Below, one piece after another: positions 58,698 to 64,000 of a stretch of 64,000 nucleotides of DNA. The translations under genes and the position numbers were made by a program. Location: assembly GCA_963703315.1 (NCBI GenBank), contig OY969811.1:1408001-1472000 (forward strand), read 5' to 3'. The notes below the pieces were generated by a model. That model searched no databases, had not been told where the DNA came from, and saw only the letters and a program-made list of their open reading frames with translations. Position 1 is the stretch's first letter. Every line of letters begins with the position of its first letter. Origin of the DNA: an uncultured cyanobacterium. GTDB lineage: Bacteria > Cyanobacteriota > Cyanobacteriia > Pseudanabaenales > Pseudanabaenaceae.

Positions 58698-60404
58698 ATG
58701 CTACAAGGATGGATACAGATAGGAATTACGCTGGTGCTGATTGTGGCGATCGCCCCGATCCTTGGCAGCTACATCGCACGGGTGTTTCTAGGACAAAAGA
58801 CAATATTAGATTCATTTTTAAATCCATTGGAGAGTTTAATTTTTAACCTCAGTGGAATTAATACGGCAAGGCAAGAATCAAGCCAAATGACAGGATGGCA
58901 GTATGCTCGCGCTGTTTTACTGAGCAATCTTGCTATGGCAATCCTGATGTTCTTGCTGCTAATGTTTCAGGGGATATTGCCCTTTAACGTTACGAATCTA
59001 AGCGCTCCTAGTTGGGATTTAGCGTTACATACAACGATTTCGTTTATCACGAATACTAATCAACAGCATTACTCTGGCGAAACTGCTCTGAGTTATTCCA
59101 CGCAGATATTTGGGATTGCTTTCTTGATGTTTACTTCCGCAGCGACTGGACTTGCAGTAGGAATTGCTTTTATTCGTGGTTTAAGCGGTAGATCTTTGGG
59201 TAATTTCTATGTGGATCTAACCAAAGCTATTACCCGCATTCTTTTACCAATTAGTATCATTGGTGCTGTTATATTTATCGCCGCAGGGGTTCCTGAGACT
59301 CTGTCAGCACCCGTTATTGTGCCGACTTTAGAAGATCCAAATATCAGTCAGGCGATCGCGATCGGACCAGTGGCACATTTCGAGATAATCAAGCAACTCG
59401 GTGAAAATGGCGGTGGTTTTTTTGGAGTCAATTCGGCTCATCCCTTTGAGAATCCTAACGGCTTCACGAATCTGATTCAGATTTTGACGATGATTTCAAT
59501 TCCAACCGCTCTAATTTTTACCTATGGAGAAATAGCGAACAGTCGCAAGCAAGCATGGCTGATATTTGGGATGGTGTTCATTCTTTATGTTGCCTTTATT
59601 GTCGTGGTAGGAATTGGGGAATATCAGGGTAACCCTCTTGTCAATACATTACTTAGCTCACAGAGTCCAAATCTAGAAGGGAAAGAAGTGCGCTTTGGTT
59701 GGGCGCAATCGGCTTTATTTGCAGTAACGACAACGGGAACGATGACGGGAGCTATTAACTCCATGCATGATTCCCTGATGCCCAGTGGTGGCTTTATTAC
59801 ATTGTCAAATATGTTTCTCCAAATCATTTGGGGTGGACAGGGAACAGGCACTGCTTACCTATTCGCCTACTCGATTTTGGCGGTATTTGTCACTGGCTTA
59901 ATGGTTGGTCGCACTCCTGAATTTCTGGGACGCAAGATCGAGAAGAATGAAGTGGTTTTGACTAGTTTCTTAATCTTATTAATTCATCCCATTTTTATTC
60001 TTATTCCCAGTGCGATCGCCTTAGCATTCCCAGATCAATTAGCAGGCATCAGCAATTCAGGATTTCATGGACTTTCGCAGGTGGTTTATGAATATGCTTC
60101 GGCAGCAGCAAATAATGGCTCTGGCTTTGAAGGTTTAGGCGACAACACACTTTGGTGGAATCTCAGTACTTCCGTTAGCTTACTAGGAGGTCGTTATGTG
60201 CCAATTATTGCTTTACTGTTATTAGCCGATGGAATGTCTCGTAAACAGCCAGTCGCCATGACCACAGGCACACTTCGCACTGATACTGTTCTATTTACTA
60301 GCGTTACCGCAGGCGTAATTTTGGTGATGGGTGCATTAACCTTCTTTCCCGTACTTGCCCTAGGTCCTGTTGCCGAAGCATTTCTGATTGCTAGAGGTGG
60401 CTAA
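58698..60404 (+). CDS. kdpA: K+-transporting ATPase subunit A
   Basis: [55 protein letters not shown]. Confidence 0.97.
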   Translation: MLQGWIQIGITLVLIVAIAPILGSYIARVFLGQKTILDSFLNPLESLIFNLSGINTARQESSQMTGWQYARAVLLSNLAMAILMFLLLMFQGILPFNVTNLSAPSWDLALHTTISFITNTNQQHYSGETALSYSTQIFGIAFLMFTSAATGLAVGIAFIRGLSGRSLGNFYVDLTKAITRILLPISIIGAVIFIAAGVPETLSAPVIVPTLEDPNISQAIAIGPVAHFEIIKQLGENGGGFFGVNSAHPFENPNGFTNLIQILTMISIPTALIFTYGEIANSRKQAWLIFGMVFILYVAFIVVVGIGEYQGNPLVNTLLSSQSPNLEGKEVRFGWAQSALFAVTTTGTMTGAINSMHDSLMPSGGFITLSNMFLQIIWGGQGTGTAYLFAYSILAVFVTGLMVGRTPEFLGRKIEKNEVVLTSFLILLIHPIFILIPSAIALAFPDQLAGISNSGFHGLSQVVYEYASAAANNGSGFEGLGDNTLWWNLSTSVSLLGGRYVPIIALLLLADGMSRKQPVAMTTGTLRTDTVLFTSVTAGVILVMGALTFFPVLALGPVAEAFLIARGG

Positions 60405-60444
60405 AAAGGGATTGGAACGAATTAACAGTAATTTTTAAAACTCT

Positions 60445-62538
60445 ATGAATAACACTCCATCATCTTCTAAAAAACGAGAACTTGGCAGTACTCGTGATTC
60501 CCGTAGACATACGCCAAAAGTGTCAATGACGGGACTTTATCAACGCGCTGTTCGTGATGCCTTCCGTAAACTAAATCCCAAGATTGCGGTGCGAAATCCT
60601 GTCATGTTTATGGTTTGGGTCGGTACGATTGTGACCTTGCTAGTTACGCTCGATCCCAATCTCTTCGGTAATGTGCAAGGTGATCCCAATCAAGAACGGA
60701 TTCTCAATGGAGCAATTACCGTAATTCTCTTTTTGACGGTAGTATTCGCCAACTTTGCGGAGGCGATCGCTGAGGGACGTGGTAAAGCTCAGGCTGACTC
60801 ATTACGCACTACGCGATCGGATACGATCGCCCGTAAAATGTTACCCGATGGTTCGATTGAGCCAACTAGCTCCACAGAATTGCGGCGGGGCGACTTAATC
60901 AAAGTAGCGATCTGGGAAATGATTCCTGCGGATGGAGAGGTGATTGCGGGACTAGCATCAGTCGATGAGTCAGCGATCACAGGTGAATCGGCTCCCGTTC
61001 TCAAACAACCAGGGACAGATATTGCTAGCTCGGTTACAGGTGGCACTCGCGTAGTTTCCGATGAATTGACGATCAAGATTTCGGCTGATCCCGGACAGGG
61101 ATTCATTGATCGCATGATTGCCCTTGTAGAAGGAGCCGAACGCACAAAAACGCCTAATGAGATTGCTTTAACGGTGCTGCTAACGGTGCTGACTCAAGTA
61201 TTTCTAATTGTGGTCGCCACGATGACCCCGATCTCTAACTATGTGAATACCCCCACCACCATTGCAATTTTAATCTCTCTCTTAGTTGCTCTGATTCCCA
61301 CCACGATTGGGGGATTGCTGAGTGCGATCGGCATTGCAGGCATGGATCGCGTCGCCCAGTTTAATGTGATTGCCACATCAGGTCGTGCTGTCGAAGCTTG
61401 CGGTGATATTAATACCCTCGTTCTCGACAAAACAGGCACAATTACCCTCGGCAATCGCTTAGCCGATGAATTTATCCCTGTCAATGGGCATTCTCTTGCA
61501 GAAGTTGCCACGGTTGCCCTCGCAGCCAGTATCTTTGATGAAACTCCAGAAGGACGATCAATTGTCCAGCTAGCTGAACAGTTAGGGGCGATCGCTAATT
61601 TTGATCGAACCCAAGCCAAAGGTATTGATTTCTCGGCTCGTACTCGCATGAGTGGCACAGATTTACCTGATAGTATTGAAGTTCGCAAAGGTGCTGTGGA
61701 TGCGATTCGTGGTTTTGTGCGATCGCGATCAGGTGAAGTACCTGAAGAATTTGAAACTGCATACGAGAAAGTCTCAAGGCTCGGTGGTACTCCTTTGGGA
61801 ATCTGTCAGGGCGGCGATCTTTATGGGGTAATTTATCTCAAGGATATTGTCAAATCAGGACTGCGAGAGAGATTCGATCAACTACGGCGGATGGGTGTAC
61901 GCACAATCATGCTCACGGGTGACAACCAAATTACTGCCTCCGTAATTGCCGAAGAAGCAGGAGTTGATGACTTCATCGCTGAGGCAACCCCCGAAGACAA
62001 AATCGAAGTTATTCGTCGAGAACAGTCTCAGGGTAAATTAGTCGCCATGACAGGCGATGGCACAAATGATGCGCCTGCATTGGCTCAAGCAAATGTTGGT
62101 GTTGCCATGAACTCAGGTACACAAGCCGCTAAGGAAGCTGCGAATATGGTGGATTTGGATAGCGATCCGACTAAGCTAATTGACTTAGTAGCGATCGGTA
62201 AACAATTGCTGATTACTCGCGGCGCATTGACCACCTTCTCGATCGCCAATGACATCGCTAAGTACTTTGCAATCATTCCGACGATCTTTGCCACATCAGG
62301 TATTGGTGCATTAAATATTATGGGTTTAAAAAGTCCCCAATCCGCAATTCTTTCGGCATTAATTTACAACGCTCTGATTATTCCTGCCCTAATTCCCCTT
62401 GCTCTCAAAGGTGTAAAATTCCGTCCTCTCACCGCCGATCAGCTACTACAGCGTAATATTCTGCTGTATGGGCTAGGCGGCGTAATCGCTCCATTTATTG
62501 CCATTAAATTAATTGATGTTTTACTACCCATCACTTGA
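60445..62538 (+). CDS. kdpB: K+-transporting ATPase subunit B
   Basis: [33 protein letters not shown]. Confidence 0.98.
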   Translation: MNNTPSSSKKRELGSTRDSRRHTPKVSMTGLYQRAVRDAFRKLNPKIAVRNPVMFMVWVGTIVTLLVTLDPNLFGNVQGDPNQERILNGAITVILFLTVVFANFAEAIAEGRGKAQADSLRTTRSDTIARKMLPDGSIEPTSSTELRRGDLIKVAIWEMIPADGEVIAGLASVDESAITGESAPVLKQPGTDIASSVTGGTRVVSDELTIKISADPGQGFIDRMIALVEGAERTKTPNEIALTVLLTVLTQVFLIVVATMTPISNYVNTPTTIAILISLLVALIPTTIGGLLSAIGIAGMDRVAQFNVIATSGRAVEACGDINTLVLDKTGTITLGNRLADEFIPVNGHSLAEVATVALAASIFDETPEGRSIVQLAEQLGAIANFDRTQAKGIDFSARTRMSGTDLPDSIEVRKGAVDAIRGFVRSRSGEVPEEFETAYEKVSRLGGTPLGICQGGDLYGVIYLKDIVKSGLRERFDQLRRMGVRTIMLTGDNQITASVIAEEAGVDDFIAEATPEDKIEVIRREQSQGKLVAMTGDGTNDAPALAQANVGVAMNSGTQAAKEAANMVDLDSDPTKLIDLVAIGKQLLITRGALTTFSIANDIAKYFAIIPTIFATSGIGALNIMGLKSPQSAILSALIYNALIIPALIPLALKGVKFRPLTADQLLQRNILLYGLGGVIAPFIAIKLIDVLLPIT

Positions 62539-62541
62539 ACC

Positions 62542-62733
62542 ATGAAAAAGACATATCCCAAATATCTATTCTTTGCCCTCTGCCTTAACCTAATTGTGGC
62601 TCCCGCAGTCTATGCCGCCAATGCTGAAAGCTTCACCAAATTCCAAGCCTATGCGCTAGGACTCTTAGCAATTGTCACCTTCGCCTTCTCCATCTATCTA
62701 TTTGTCGTCATGTTTCAACCAGAGAAGTTCTAA
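62542..62733 (+). CDS. Small Kdp subunit (KdpG/KdpF-like)
   Basis: Two hydrophobic segments ending IYLFVVMFQPEKF (KdpF-like PEKF tail), located between kdpB and kdpC. Confidence 0.8.
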   Translation: MKKTYPKYLFFALCLNLIVAPAVYAANAESFTKFQAYALGLLAIVTFAFSIYLFVVMFQPEKF

Positions 62734-62737
62734 ATCT

Positions 62738-63328
62738 ATGAATGAAATTATTAAAGCTATTCGTGCCACTCTTGTGCTTTGGGTACTCGTTGCCGTCATC
62801 TATCCCTTGGGAATGTTAGCGATCGCGCAGTTACCATTTCTCTCTTATCAAGCCAATGGCAGCCTCATCCGTAATGCTCAAGGGCAAGTTGTCGGCTCAG
62901 CTCTGATTGGACAACCATTTACAAGCGATCGCTATTTCAACAGCCGCCCCAGCACCACAAACTACAGCACCGCCGATCCGAAAGCGGATACAGCGAATAT
63001 TCTCAAAACGGGTGTTTCAGGTGCAAGCAACCTCGCGCCAAGCAATCCTGATTTGCTGAAGAGAGTTAAAACGGATATATCTAAACTCCAACAATCAGGA
63101 ATCTCAGCAACTGGTGATCTGATCTATACTTCTGGTTCTAGCCTTGACCCACATATCAGCCCTGAATCCGCAAAAGCGCAAGTTGCCAGAATTGCTCAAG
63201 TCCGCAAAGTTGAACCTAGCCAACTCGAAAAGTTAATCGATCAAAATAGCGATCGCCGTTTTCTCGGTATCTTTGGCGAAGATGGCGTAAATGTCTTGAA
63301 GTTAAATTTAGCTTTAGATGCTTTATGA
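62738..63328 (+). CDS. kdpC: K+-transporting ATPase subunit C
   Basis: QANGSL, GSALIGQ.F...YF.SRPS, SGASNL.PSN, SGSSLDPHIS, VNVLKLNLALD. Confidence 0.96.
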   Translation: MNEIIKAIRATLVLWVLVAVIYPLGMLAIAQLPFLSYQANGSLIRNAQGQVVGSALIGQPFTSDRYFNSRPSTTNYSTADPKADTANILKTGVSGASNLAPSNPDLLKRVKTDISKLQQSGISATGDLIYTSGSSLDPHISPESAKAQVARIAQVRKVEPSQLEKLIDQNSDRRFLGIFGEDGVNVLKLNLALDAL

Positions 63329-64000
63329 TTAAAACCCATCGGCGAGGCAAGCATAAAATCTTTATTGGCATGAGTCCGGGGGTTGGCAAAACCTATCGAA
63401 TGCTGGAGGAAGGGCATCGACTACGTGCTGAAGGCATTGATGTTGTGATTGGTTTACTCGAAACTCATAATCGTGCTGAAACTGCCGAAAAAGCGATCGG
63501 CTTAGAACTAGTTCCCCGTCAACAGATTAACTGGGAATCGGTCATCCTTACAGAAATGGATACGGAGGCGATTCTCAAACGTCAACCACAACTCGCTCTA
63601 GTCGATGAATTAGCGCATACTAACGTCCCCAATGCTGAACGAGAAAAGCGCTATCAAGATGTAGAAATTCTCCTAGAAGCAGGAATTGATGTTTATTCCA
63701 CTGTGAATATTCAACATATCGAAAGCCTCAATGACACCGTAGCAAAGATTACGGGTGTGATTGTGCGGGAGCGCATACCCGATCGCGTTTTAGAAGATGC
63801 CGATGAAGTAGTAGTGGTTGATGTCACACCTGAAACCCTACAAGAACGTCTACGGGATGGCAAAATCTATGCTCCAGAAAAGATTGATCAATCTTTAAAC
63901 AACTTTTTTCAGCGTCGCCATTTGATTGCTTTGCGAGAACTTGCGCTGCGGGAAATTGCAGATAACATCGAGGATGATCTCGAATCCCATGAACAGTCAG
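63325..64000 (+). CDS. kdpD: KdpD sensor N-terminal domain (runs off the window; not in the ORF track)
   Basis: ATGA overlap with kdpC; MIKTHRRGKHKIFIGMSPGVGKTYRML, LVDELAHTN, VNIQHIESLND. Confidence 0.93.
   Translation, partial: MIKTHRRGKHKIFIGMSPGVGKTYRMLEEGHRLRAEGIDVVIGLLETHNRAETAEKAIGLELVPRQQINWESVILTEMDTEAILKRQPQLALVDELAHTNVPNAEREKRYQDVEILLEAGIDVYSTVNIQHIESLNDTVAKITGVIVRERIPDRVLEDADEVVVVDVTPETLQERLRDGKIYAPEKIDQSLNNFFQRRHLIALRELALREIADNIEDDLESHEQS

Larger units (their letters stand above)
1..64000. repeat. HIP1 octamer GCGATCGC, highly iterated throughout
   Basis: Very many copies in and between genes (e.g. 531-538, 792-799). None seen in the IS (4238-5304), the KGK genes or the kinase gene. 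HIP1 is an established cyanobacterial hallmark. Confidence 0.95.

Noticed and set aside
58574..58846. 90-aa ORF upstream of and overlapping kdpA as kdpF
   Set aside because: Not hydrophobic and out of frame over kdpA. The KdpF-like gene is at 62542-62733.
456..62294. Many 60-180 aa ORFs antisense to or nested in real genes (e.g. 456-791, 10335-10775, 36055-36591, 48377-48820, 61239-61688)
   Set aside because: They overlap well-supported genes and carry no recognisable motifs. The periodic ones simply mirror WD40 repeats.
1..64000. CRISPR array, tRNA or rRNA genes
   Set aside because: The repeats are dispersed palindromes, not regularly spaced direct repeats with spacers. No cas genes, cloverleaf or rRNA-like sequence was recognised.

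Overview
A 64-kb chromosomal segment of a cyanobacterium: photosynthesis genes are present and HIP1 octamers (GCGATCGC) are dense. A Pseudanabaena-like filamentous strain is my inference, not verified. Most of the window is housekeeping: psbU, ndhD, ycf46, ndhN, rpsF, hli, rpmH-rnpA-PH-yidC-jag-yceD, trxB, trpB, thrC, rpmF, argB, two efflux loci and kdpA-B-(G/F)-C-D. Accessory content: (1) one IS1-family element needing a +1 frameshift at a C7 run; (2) a P-loop ATPase plus iSTAND/TPR/STAND/14xWD40 NLR-like gene pair; (3) a co-oriented dynamin-like GTPase, DUF433, 3xKGK, DUF29, HNH cluster, my best candidate for an undescribed defence/conflict system; (4) a ~3.3-kb AT-rich islet preceded by a relic copy of the kdpA promoter and start, holding xisH and DUF29 relics, a DUF433/PIN pair and a kinase-HEAT gene; (5) a frameshifted RND permease; (6) an NtcA-type promoter followed by a strong-RBS 10-codon uORF upstream of an SDR gene. 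Most intergenic regions carry palindromic elements from at least four MITE/REP-like families. They share C-NNN-G (often GNA) triloops and TA termini, show fully compensated arm divergence and loop inversion, and include one nested insertion with a target duplication. No rRNA, tRNA or CRISPR array was seen. All family assignments come from motif recognition by eye, with no database search.
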